Virus record (IMG/VR): IMGVR_UViG_3300025280_001244
Span: 1 to 25,620 of that record
Strand: one strand, 5' to 3'
Source of the DNA: a virus
Taxonomy: Duplodnaviria > Caudoviricetes
Length of the DNA: 25,620 bases
Position numbers and translations under genes: made by a program. The notes under the pieces are model-generated. The model saw only the letters and a program-made list of their open reading frames with translations. It searched no databases and had not been told where the DNA came from. Shown here piece by piece: positions 18,441 through 25,620 of this stretch (positions are counted from its first letter, which is position 1; every line of letters starts with the position of its first letter).

Positions 18441-18584
18441 TTACTCCATATCTATTGTCGGTTCTCCCCAATCGGAGGGTCTGCAATTACATTCATCACA
18501 TTTACACATATCTTCACCATCATGAAAAGAACACATCATATCACAGTGACAAGGATGCTCACAATGTATACATTCATTGGTCAT
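18441..18584 (-). CDS. 47-aa Cys/His-rich metallothionein-like protein (not in ORF track)
   Basis: Manual translation: MTNECIHCEHPCHCDMMCSFHDGEDMCKCDECNCRPSDWGEPTIDME* (9 Cys, 4 His). ATG overlaps upstream TGA (ATGA); fills the gap between 18581 and 18436 in the operon direction. Confidence 0.75.
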   Translation of the reverse strand: MTNECIHCEHPCHCDMMCSFHDGEDMCKCDECNCRPSDWGEPTIDME

Positions 18585-18784
18585 TTATTTTTCTTATATT
18601 TACTACCATAAGTATACCTATATTTTACATAAATATAATTAGAAAGATCTTGAAAATATTCATTAAAAGTTTTATAGTTTTCTCGATTAACTTTAGGAAT
18701 ACTATAATCTATTAATGAATAATCATCAAAACCTTCTCGTACAGACTTCTCATAAAGTTCTTTATTAATCGTATTGAGCAGCAA
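18581..18784 (-). CDS. small Tyr-rich hypothetical protein
   Basis: 67 aa ORF in operon direction filling the gap; TTG start is uncertain. Confidence 0.5.
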   Translation of the reverse strand: MLLNTINKELYEKSVREGFDDYSLIDYSIPKVNRENYKTFNEYFQDLSNYIYVKYRYTYGSKYKKNK

Positions 18785-19064
18785 CTAAAGCATCTCCAGA
18801 ACGATTGATCTTTCCTTTACCTTTACCTTTACCCCACTTACCGTAGGATTCATCTCGACTTGCCTTGAGTTGTTTCTTGGTTCGTTTCTTCTTGACTCTC
18901 ATCGCAATCGATTCATCTTTACGGGCTTTATATCCTTGTTTCTTTTTCTTTTTCTTTCCGATTTTACCACCCTTCTTCATATAACGAAGACGATCTTCTT
19001 CGGACATTGTACCAGCCCTTGCCATTTCTGCTGGATAAAGTCCCACTCTTGTCATTCCTGCCAT
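18765..19064 (-). CDS. small highly basic protein, putative internal DNA-binding virion protein
   Basis: 99 aa, strong GGAGG RBS; Lys runs, MKKGGKI, QGYKARKDESIAMR and KASRDESYGKWG motifs. Confidence 0.75.
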   Translation of the reverse strand: MAGMTRVGLYPAEMARAGTMSEEDRLRYMKKGGKIGKKKKKKQGYKARKDESIAMRVKKKRTKKQLKASRDESYGKWGKGKGKGKINRSGDALVAAQYD

Positions 19065-19075
19065 CTTAATCCTCC

Positions 19076-20581
19076 CTAATACATTTTATTAGAATATCTA
19101 GAATTATTACCAAATCCTCTAAGAGCCTGACCTACGCCTCTTACAGCCCCACCTTTATTTCTTTTAACCATACCACCTTTTTTAAGTTGAGATCTTCGGC
19201 CTTCTCCGTACTGATAGAAATCCTGTTGTGATATTTTTTTACGATCCCGTTGTTCTTCATCATAAGCTTCTTTAGCTGCTTTACTTGCTTCTGCAACTGT
19301 TTTATTTTTACCAAATAAATTAAACTGAAATCCTTCTATACCACCTCTACTTTTAAGAAAGTGGTCGTAATCTTTTCTTTGACTCCGGCCTTCAGGTCTA
19401 TCTGACATAGCCTTACCCATAGGTTTTTTTGGTACTACTTTACTTACAGGTGTTTTAACAGGTACTGCTGTACCAAGTTTTCTATCTTTCTGATCTTTAT
19501 AAGGATCTGTAAATGTTTTAGTTTTAGGTGTTGTTATTAATTTAGAAGGAACTTTCTGTTTAACTGCCTTTTTAACTACCTTTTTCCTTACAGGTACTGC
19601 TGTACCAAGTTTTCTATCTTTCTGATCTTTATAAGGATCTTTAAATGTTCTAGCTTTAGATACTGCTGTAGCAGGTCTTTTATCTTTTTGACCTTTATAA
19701 AGATCTTTAAATGTTCCAGTACGTGTTTTAGCACGACTTGCTTGTTGTTTAGCTTTAGCTGCCTTTCTCTTTGCCTCTGCATCTCTACCAGACGTAATAT
19801 CTTTACTAGTAGGTTTTGCTTGCCTTGCCTTCAGCATATCACTTACTGCTGTTCTACCTAATTTTCTTTTTTGTATTTTTTCTAGTCTTTTTGGATCTCT
19901 AGGATTTATATAATCTGTTTTTTGAGTAGATGTTGTTTTACTTCTCTCTTTAAGTATCTCTAATCTATTCTTAGGTTTCTTTTTAGCAGCTACTATTTTT
20001 GGTTTAGTTTTAGTAGTAAATTTACCTCCATAGGTTTTAGGAGATTTATCTACAGGTGATATTTTCTTTTTAGTCATAGACTTATCTTTAACAGCTAATG
20101 GATCAACTTTTCCCTTTACTGCTGTTCTACTTTTTCCTACTTGCTTTCCTATAGTTCTTCCGGGTTTACCTCTGTCTACTTTTTTAATAGGAGGAATATC
20201 TTGTAATTTCTCAGAAGCCTTTCTTCCTTTAGCTAATCTAACTTTTTCTCTGTTAGCTTTTTCTTCAGCTAATCTTTTTTCTCTTAATCTTTTACTTGGA
20301 TCATCCTTTAATTTAAAGAGAGGAGTTTTAACTTTAGGAGTTTTTTCTTTAAATTGTCCTGTTTTTGTCTTCTTATCTCCTATTTTTTTTCCAGTATATG
20401 TAAATTTTTTAGGCACTGGTTTAGATGCTGCCTCTAACTTTTTTATCTGCTGCATTATTTTTTTTCTGGTAGGAGATAAAGGATTTAATTTCCTTGATCG
20501 TTCTTTGAGAGCTTTTATTTTTTCAGCCCTAGAACTAAATTGTCCTGTTTTTCTTTGTGAAGTAGGTGGTCGTACTGACAT
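19076..20581 (-). CDS. large Lys/Arg-rich low-complexity protein with internal repeats
   Basis: 501 aa, GGAGG RBS; very Lys-rich, histone H1-like composition; three TF-x-D-x-YK-x-QKD repeats; C-terminal LKKGGMVKRNKGGAVRGVGQALRG. Confidence 0.75.
   Translation of the reverse strand: MSVRPPTSQRKTGQFSSRAEKIKALKERSRKLNPLSPTRKKIMQQIKKLEAASKPVPKKFTYTGKKIGDKKTKTGQFKEKTPKVKTPLFKLKDDPSKRLREKRLAEEKANREKVRLAKGRKASEKLQDIPPIKKVDRGKPGRTIGKQVGKSRTAVKGKVDPLAVKDKSMTKKKISPVDKSPKTYGGKFTTKTKPKIVAAKKKPKNRLEILKERSKTTSTQKTDYINPRDPKRLEKIQKRKLGRTAVSDMLKARQAKPTSKDITSGRDAEAKRKAAKAKQQASRAKTRTGTFKDLYKGQKDKRPATAVSKARTFKDPYKDQKDRKLGTAVPVRKKVVKKAVKQKVPSKLITTPKTKTFTDPYKDQKDRKLGTAVPVKTPVSKVVPKKPMGKAMSDRPEGRSQRKDYDHFLKSRGGIEGFQFNLFGKNKTVAEASKAAKEAYDEEQRDRKKISQQDFYQYGEGRRSQLKKGGMVKRNKGGAVRGVGQALRGFGNNSRYSNKMY
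19458..19640. repeat. exact 51-bp direct repeat (19458-19508 and 19590-19640) with a third degenerate copy at ~19660-19715
   Basis: acaggtactgctgtaccaagttttctatctttctgatctttataaggatct occurs twice, 132 bp apart; encodes DPYKDQKDRKLGTAVPV. Confidence 0.9.
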
Positions 20582-20583
20582 AA

Positions 20584-20793
20584 TTAAGCCTCCCCATATG
20601 TACTGTCTTTATCAGAGGTATCTATTTTAAAAGCTTTTCCTTGTTCATAATCCTCCTCAACAACAACATCCTGTGGTGGACCTACAACATCTGGTCCCTT
20701 TCTAGCTGCACCATATCCTTGACCTGTAGGCTTACCTAGTATCTTTTTCAGATCTGGTGGATACTTTAATAATGTATGTGGTCCTAATCCCAT
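20584..20793 (-). CDS. small hypothetical protein
   Basis: 69 aa, AGGAGAGG upstream; contains GKPTGQGYGAARKG motif. Confidence 0.7.
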   Translation of the reverse strand: MGLGPHTLLKYPPDLKKILGKPTGQGYGAARKGPDVVGPPQDVVVEEDYEQGKAFKIDTSDKDSTYGEA

Positions 20794-20794
20794 T

Positions 20795-21058
20795 TTAACC
20801 TCTCCTTTTCTTTGATCTTAATTTCTTTAATTTCTTGGCAAACCTAGCTCTTTGTCCTAATTTACCGGGAGCTTTAGCTGCCTTATTTAAAACTGACTTA
20901 GGGATAGTCTTTCCCTTCTTAATACCTAGAGACTTACGTAATGATCCCGGTTTTTTAATAGCCTTCTTAATATTTAATTTCTTTTTCTTTTTAATTCTAC
21001 CGCCTTTTTTTAATCCCGGCTTCATAATCTCTTGTCTAATACTAGCTCTATTAACCAT
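20795..21058 (-). CDS. small highly basic protein, putative internal virion protein
   Basis: 87 aa; TAATG-coupled; AIKKPGSLRKSLG...AAKAPGKLGQRARFA motif; N-terminus resembles major capsid N-terminus. Confidence 0.75.
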   Translation of the reverse strand: MVNRASIRQEIMKPGLKKGGRIKKKKKLNIKKAIKKPGSLRKSLGIKKGKTIPKSVLNKAAKAPGKLGQRARFAKKLKKLRSKKRRG

Positions 21059-21738
21059 TAACTTGCCCCTTGAGTGATTGTATCGGGACCGCCAGCAGGA
21101 GAAGCTGCAACTGCCATATCATCCTGTCGAGTCCTTCTAGCCTGATTACGTAATGTTGCTATAGCTGTTTGATATTCGTTCTGCCATACTGGAAGTGTAT
21201 TCCAATCTTTCATATACATTGTAGCTTCTACCATGCATCCTGCAAAGAGAGCTTGATAACAATAATCACTAAAATAATTTTGGGTTGTTACACTTGTACC
21301 TGTAGCAGAAGCTAGAGGTAGTGGCTGAGATTGTGATTGTATTTCTACTGTAAGTGCTGAAACTGGTGTGGGTACTATCTTAATACTAGAATTATTTTTT
21401 CTTGTATAGTATCTAGGTGTACCTGTAGATGCACTAACAGGCCAGTAATCATTAACATACTCTACTGTTCTTTGAAGTAAGTTTGTTACAGTTGTCCCTG
21501 TACTTACCTTAAAGTTTACATTACGAACAATACGAACTCTATCATTTAAAGACACAGTACCAGCATTGCCAGATGATACCGATATATTAGTATACTCATC
21601 TAGTCCAGAGTCATCCAGATCTTTAACCATACGAAATTCTGTTTTCTTTACAAAAGCCGAAACTTGAGAGGAAAATTCAGTAGAGTCGTTCTCAGTCGTA
21701 TTAATTAAATCTGTTTTTAAATATGCAAAATTAGGCAT
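21058..21738 (-). CDS. second head-tail adaptor-like virion protein
   Basis: 226 aa; helical N-terminus (F-V-x-x-x-E-x-R), TGTPRYY and IVPTP motifs parallel to TGKPNQY / VWPIPD of the 225-aa adaptor; located just after capsid genes. Confidence 0.65.
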   Translation of the reverse strand: MPNFAYLKTDLINTTENDSTEFSSQVSAFVKKTEFRMVKDLDDSGLDEYTNISVSSGNAGTVSLNDRVRIVRNVNFKVSTGTTVTNLLQRTVEYVNDYWPVSASTGTPRYYTRKNNSSIKIVPTPVSALTVEIQSQSQPLPLASATGTSVTTQNYFSDYCYQALFAGCMVEATMYMKDWNTLPVWQNEYQTAIATLRNQARRTRQDDMAVAASPAGGPDTITQGAS

Positions 21739-21740
21739 TG

Positions 21741-22106
21741 TTAGCCTAGATACAATGTAATTGTTGGAGCCATCGTTCCTGTTCCAGAAGTGGCTACACT
21801 AACAATACCAAAAACTCCTACTCCCATATCTCCTATATACTGATCATTAGAATCAGTTGCTCCTACACGGTAACGAATAGCTGTTCCTTTAGCTGATTTA
21901 TTTGTAATCTGTTTTGATCCTGACAGAACAATCTCACCTGCAAGAGTTGAATAAGTATGAATAGCAAGAACACGGGTTGTAGATGGAGAAGGATCAGAAC
22001 CAGTTCCCTCATCTCCTAAAGTTGTGTTGGTATCAATATAACGAAAGCCTGTTATGATTGCTCCATCACTACTTACATTTTGTGCTACTTTTACGTTTGT
22101 AGTCAT
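21741..22106 (-). CDS. small beta-rich virion protein
   Basis: 121 aa, AAGGAG RBS, immediately after major capsid gene. Confidence 0.65.
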   Translation of the reverse strand: MTTNVKVAQNVSSDGAIITGFRYIDTNTTLGDEGTGSDPSPSTTRVLAIHTYSTLAGEIVLSGSKQITNKSAKGTAIRYRVGATDSNDQYIGDMGVGVFGIVSVATSGTGTMAPTITLYLG

Positions 22107-22126
22107 ATCTGCTCCTTATAGTAGTA

Positions 22127-22150
22127 GGGAAGTGACTAGAGCCACTTCCC
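22127..22150 (-). terminator. stem-loop after major capsid gene (weak terminator or mRNA-stabilising hairpin)
   Basis: Minus strand GGGAAGTGGC-TCTA-GTCACTTCCC, 10-bp stem with one G-U pair, 11 nt after the capsid stop; followed by TACTACTAT rather than a U-tract. Confidence 0.6.
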
Positions 22151-22161
22151 CACAGTTAGAC

Positions 22162-23082
22162 TTATGATCCTTGACTACCGAACCATCCTCTCCAATCTGA
22201 GACACCGAAACTATATCGTTCCCTTGCCTTAAATCGAAGATTACCAGTATCAAAGTCAGGTTCCATCTTAGTTTGAAGAGGTGAACGTACAAACATTTTA
22301 GTTCCGTTTGGTACGTCAGTCTTGATAAACCAAGAAGTTGTATCAGAGAACCTTCGGTTGATATGATAGCCGTCAGGTAGCATACCCAAGTGACGAGTAG
22401 CATTAATTGCATTCGTATTTGGATTAGCAGCAGCTTGACTCGTTTGAGTGTTGCCGGGGCTAGATAAAATACGATCTGCAATTGCCCATGAGTCTACAGG
22501 AATATGCAGAGAAACAGCACTTGCACCAATTAGGATACCTCGATCATCTTTGATCTTCTGTACATTGGTTAATGCAGTTTCAAGTGTAGCTTCAGATAGA
22601 TCAGATGCAGCAATTAAGTTGCTCTGATTACCATCACCTACAGTTGGATGTGAACCTGAAAAGAAAGCCTGTCCATCACCAATAGTATCACTGAAACCAT
22701 TGTTGAAAACATTAGCAGCTTTAACTTGTTTCGTATTAGCCATTGCTCTGGCTAGACCTTTAGCCCGAAGTTTAGCAAAGGTATCATAAAGATTATCTTC
22801 CATTGCTTCTTCAGTTACAGCAAAAGCCAATGCTACAGTTTCAGCAGTATAACGTGCTGTGTAGCTTTCCTGAGCATCATCATACGAAACAGCAGCCCCT
22901 TCACCTTTCGTTGGTGCTGAACCAAAGCTGGTGAAAAGTACTTCTTCTTCAAATGCACGATCTGAGTTTTCAATTTCATAGAGAGGTTCTAATTCATTAT
23001 TTACCTCTCCATACTCCATTCCGAATATGGCATTTAGGCCCGGAAGGAGTTCTTTGCTAATACTAGCTCTATTTATAGCCAT
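22162..23082 (-). CDS. major capsid protein (HK97 fold)
   Basis: 306 aa, GGAGG RBS; MAINRASISKELLPGLNAIFGMEY, SDRAFEEEV, ETVALAFAVTEEAMEDNLY, DFDTGNLRFKARERYSFGVSDWRG motifs characteristic of a widespread aquatic phage MCP family. Confidence 0.9.
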   Translation of the reverse strand: MAINRASISKELLPGLNAIFGMEYGEVNNELEPLYEIENSDRAFEEEVLFTSFGSAPTKGEGAAVSYDDAQESYTARYTAETVALAFAVTEEAMEDNLYDTFAKLRAKGLARAMANTKQVKAANVFNNGFSDTIGDGQAFFSGSHPTVGDGNQSNLIAASDLSEATLETALTNVQKIKDDRGILIGASAVSLHIPVDSWAIADRILSSPGNTQTSQAAANPNTNAINATRHLGMLPDGYHINRRFSDTTSWFIKTDVPNGTKMFVRSPLQTKMEPDFDTGNLRFKARERYSFGVSDWRGWFGSQGS

Positions 23083-23097
23083 GATTAATCCCTCCTA

Positions 23098-23712
23098 TTA
23101 AGCCGTAGATGCCGTAGCCGTCACGTAACGATCACGGTGTGTATTCAACCAGACCTCTACGATTGGGTATGCATCGTCATTGCCCTCATCAGGAAACTTA
23201 GCACGACCAATTACACGGCAAGCTAGTTCAGTTTCTGCACCACTAGCAGCAAGCAAGTAATAGCTTGATTGTCCAGTAACAGTACTACCTGAAGAGGCAG
23301 TAGAACTAACTGTAGCTGTGTAGTTCTTTACAATAGCAGCTTCAGCAGCCGATAAAGATAAAGAACATTGGATGTAATAAGTCTGATCAGGATTTGTTAT
23401 TACAAAAAATTTAACGTCTGTGGCACTCGTCCCACCCGGCCAATACCGGGAGAACTTTTGCTCTCCATTTTCCACATACTGACAACCCATAAAAACCCCT
23501 GAAGGTTTAAGAGTTGCTGCTATATACGGAGATATAGTTGTAAAGTTAGCTCCCGGTAATACTACTGGATCACCAGTAAAAATACTATTACTAGGAGTTT
23601 GTGCTTGTCCTGTTGAGGTTAGTGTGATCATATCCGTCACTGCCTCATTATTATAAGCACCACCTTTCATACGAGCAGGGATGAAGCCACGAAATGCTTT
23701 TGTAGTAGACAT
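23098..23712 (-). CDS. probable capsid cement/decoration protein
   Basis: 204 aa, AAGGAG RBS; AFRGFIP, IFTGDPV, GVFMGCQY motifs; beta-rich; directly upstream of MCP. Confidence 0.6.
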   Translation of the reverse strand: MSTTKAFRGFIPARMKGGAYNNEAVTDMITLTSTGQAQTPSNSIFTGDPVVLPGANFTTISPYIAATLKPSGVFMGCQYVENGEQKFSRYWPGGTSATDVKFFVITNPDQTYYIQCSLSLSAAEAAIVKNYTATVSSTASSGSTVTGQSSYYLLAASGAETELACRVIGRAKFPDEGNDDAYPIVEVWLNTHRDRYVTATASTA

Positions 23713-23741
23713 GTTTCATCTCCTTATAGTTTAGAGATCGA

Positions 23742-24233
23742 CTAGTCTTGAAAAGAAGGTTGCCGACCTCTGGTTGTTACTGATTTACTTGAATTAGAAA
23801 TTGGCATACGAGAATCAGAGCTTTTCATTAGTTGTGCATTAACTGCATCCATCATATCATTGGCCTTCTTCTCATAGAATTTCTGTCTGGCCTTTACCTT
23901 GGCAGTTGGTTTCTTAGCCAAAGCTACATCTCCACGACAGACTGCACCTTGGTAACGACCATCTTCCCTTACGAAGGATGTAATTGCCATTTCAGGAACT
24001 TCATCAGGAGTTACGAAGACCCATCCCTGTTGCTGGTTCTTACCAACATTAGTGATGTCATCTTGTCCTTTTACAGATATGCGTATCCAACGTAAAGACA
24101 TATCCTCTGCGTCAAATCTTGCTTGTACCGAATCTGGTACAGAAAGGGCATCTGGCTCCTCAAAGACATATTCTTCTTCTCTTGTTTTAGCTTCCCGATT
24201 AGTATTACTACGTGTTTCATTTCGTGTTGTCAT
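23742..24233 (-). CDS. conserved head-module protein of unknown function
   Basis: 163 aa, GGAGG RBS; LRWIRIS..GQDD..NV...GWVFV..DEVPE...GDVALAK motifs; between scaffold and capsid genes. Confidence 0.7.
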   Translation of the reverse strand: MTTRNETRSNTNREAKTREEEYVFEEPDALSVPDSVQARFDAEDMSLRWIRISVKGQDDITNVGKNQQQGWVFVTPDEVPEMAITSFVREDGRYQGAVCRGDVALAKKPTAKVKARQKFYEKKANDMMDAVNAQLMKSSDSRMPISNSSKSVTTRGRQPSFQD

Positions 24234-24250
24234 ATTTCATTCCTCCACGT

Positions 24251-25159
24251 TTAAGTGATATTAGTATAGTTGCCATCAGCATCTGAAACCTTCAGCTTTT
24301 CGGCAGCATACTGTTCAAGTGGTATATTCCATTTCTGTGCAAGTCTTACATCTTCTTTAGATAGTTTAACTTTACTAGAATTGGATGGAGACAAACGTGA
24401 AGCCCCCGATACTACTTGAGCAGGTGTTGACGGATTTTCCTGCACACGTTCCTGACTTTCTTGATTGAAAGCCTTATTTAATCTATTATCAATTTCCTGA
24501 TAAAAATCATTGTCAGTAGGATCATATCCTTCGCTTTTAAGTTCTGCATCTATAGCCAATGCAGCAGCAGTCTTTATATTATCCTGTCCAAACCAACTAT
24601 TCTTTGAAGCCCATTCTTCGGCTCTAGGATCAGTAGTTTGTTGAGGAAGAGGTTGATGTTGAGGTTGTACTGGAGCAACTTCTTCTATTTCTTCATAATT
24701 TCGTTTAGCAGAAGATACTGCCTTCAGATCTGTCTGTGCCTCATTCAACATCTCTTGTGCTTTTAAAAGCTTTTCTTTTTCTCCTTCTTCAAAAGCTTCC
24801 ATATAAACTGTTCTGGCAAGCTCAAGTTTATCAGTTAATTGTTTCTCAGAAGCATCAAGACTTAATTTATTAACTTGAGTTACTTCCTTATCTTTTGTTC
24901 TGAGGCTTCCTGAAAGTTCCTCATTTTTTTGGATGAGAGCAGTAATCTGTTCATCTCTTTCTTTTCTTTGTCTTATTAATTGTCTTATTCTTTTTTCAGC
25001 ACCCTTTGTTTCGATACCATCTAACTCTGGTGGCTTCTCTTCTTTCTGAGGTTCTGCCTTTTGTTCTGGTTCAGCTTCCTCTTCTATTTCAAATTCAATT
25101 TCTTTCTGCTCTTCATTCGGGATTTCTATATTTCCCCATTCTTCTTTTTCTTCATTCAT
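24251..25159 (-). CDS. capsid scaffolding-like protein
   Basis: 302 aa, GGAGG RBS; acidic N-terminus, KRIRQL coiled coil, DPRAEEWASKNSWFG, C-terminal helix-turn-helix VKLSKEDVRLAQKWNIPLEQYA; upstream of capsid genes. Confidence 0.7.
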   Translation of the reverse strand: MNEEKEEWGNIEIPNEEQKEIEFEIEEEAEPEQKAEPQKEEKPPELDGIETKGAEKRIRQLIRQRKERDEQITALIQKNEELSGSLRTKDKEVTQVNKLSLDASEKQLTDKLELARTVYMEAFEEGEKEKLLKAQEMLNEAQTDLKAVSSAKRNYEEIEEVAPVQPQHQPLPQQTTDPRAEEWASKNSWFGQDNIKTAAALAIDAELKSEGYDPTDNDFYQEIDNRLNKAFNQESQERVQENPSTPAQVVSGASRLSPSNSSKVKLSKEDVRLAQKWNIPLEQYAAEKLKVSDADGNYTNIT

Positions 25160-25203
25160 TATAACCTCCGTTGTCTACGAGTTCAACGATTTAACGTAAC
25201 TAT

Positions 25204-25232
25204 ATTATACCATAAAATTAACGATTTCCCAA
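25204..25232 (-). promoter_or_regulatory. sigma70-type promoter for the head operon
   Basis: Minus strand TTGGGA (25232-25227) - 17 nt - TATAAT (25209-25204) with extended -10 TG (TGGTATAAT); -35 lies inside the end of the GroES-like gene. Confidence 0.7.
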
Positions 25233-25619
25233 ATTAAATGTAGGATCTAGATCTTTTGGATCTTCAACTCTCATGGTAATTTGATCATCAAACAGTAAAA
25301 TTAATCTTACACCTTTATAAAAAAGCTTTGTACCCGCATGTTTACCGTAACACACATAATCTCCTATACTACACCATGCTCCAGCAGGAAACTTATCTTT
25401 ATCCAGATAAGCTAAATCACCAAGAGATAGGACTTTACCTACAGTCGTAAGGTATGATATATCATCCTTTGTTGAGTCTGGTAAAAGAATACCACCTTTT
25501 GTTTGGCTCTTAACAGATACTGGACGTACCAGTACATGAAATCCCGGTAATTCAGGTAGTACTTCTGGATCGTCTACTTCTTCTGGATCTGTAATCCATA
25601 GATTATTTTTAACTGCTTT
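25218..25619 (-). CDS. groES: GroES/Cpn10-like co-chaperonin, 5'-truncated by window edge (not in ORF track)
   Basis: Manual translation: ...LPELPGFHVLVRPVSVKSQTKGGILLPDSTKDDISYLTTVGKVLSLGDLAY...WCSIGDYVCYGKHAGTKLFYKGVRLILLFDDQITMRVEDPKDLDPTFNLGNR*; TKGGILLP mobile loop and G-D-x-V-x-Y-x-K-x-x-G motifs of Cpn10. Confidence 0.85.
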   Translation of the reverse strand, partial: KAVKNNLWITDPEEVDDPEVLPELPGFHVLVRPVSVKSQTKGGILLPDSTKDDISYLTTVGKVLSLGDLAYLDKDKFPAGAWCSIGDYVCYGKHAGTKLFYKGVRLILLFDDQITMRVEDPKDLDPTFNLGNR

Positions 25620-25620
25620 A

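Noticed and set aside
19458-19715. Spaced direct repeats as a CRISPR mini-array
   Set aside because: Repeats are 51 bp, non-palindromic, unevenly spaced, in frame within a coding sequence; no cas genes.
19588-19782. 64-aa alternative-frame ORF inside the 501-aa gene
   Set aside because: By-product of repeat/low-complexity sequence; no RBS.
22116-22481. Alternative-frame ORF overlapping the MCP 3' end, possible frameshifted capsid extension as in T7 gp10B
   Set aside because: No clear slippery heptamer near the MCP stop; extension would be only ~15 residues and runs through the hairpin.
197-24258. Plus-strand ORFs in the track (e.g. 865-1188, 6619-7008, 15627-16247, 18416-18715)
   Set aside because: All lie antisense to well-supported minus-strand genes, lack RBSs and recognisable motifs; the His-rich 18416-18715 ORF is the shadow of the Cys-rich micro-ORF.
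1-25620. Stop-codon reassignment
   Set aside because: Genes tile the window almost without gaps under the standard code, and TAA, TGA and TAG each end genes directly followed by new starts.
1-25620. tRNA, rRNA, integrase or transposase
   Set aside because: No intergenic space large enough and no such motifs recognised.

Overview
AT-rich fragment of a tailed dsDNA phage, most likely podovirus-like (no tape-measure, tail-tube or sheath gene is recognisable). It holds one densely packed, translationally coupled late (morphogenesis) operon, entirely on the minus strand. In transcription order (right to left): truncated GroES-like co-chaperonin, sigma70-type promoter, scaffold-like protein, conserved 163-aa protein, probable capsid cement protein, major capsid protein, hairpin, two head-tail adaptor-like proteins flanking a cluster of small very basic proteins and a 47-aa Cys/His-rich metallothionein-like ORF (missed by the ORF track), a beta-helical tail fibre, an accessory cassette (RCC1-repeat propeller, sulfotransferase-TPR-glycosyltransferase fusion, tail-assembly chaperone-like proteins, signal-peptide protein), second fibre protein, tail nozzle-like protein, probable internal/ejection proteins, a membrane/coiled-coil protein and the start of a probable M15 peptidase endolysin. 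Most interesting: (i) the sulfotransferase-glycosyltransferase fusion embedded in the receptor-binding cassette; (ii) a set of basic proteins sharing short motifs (KKGG-x-I/V, RGxGxAxRG), one of which begins with a copy of the capsid protein N-terminus; (iii) the metallothionein-like micro-ORF; (iv) a structured leader over the scaffold ribosome-binding site. All functional calls come from motif recognition and gene order; no database searches were run.
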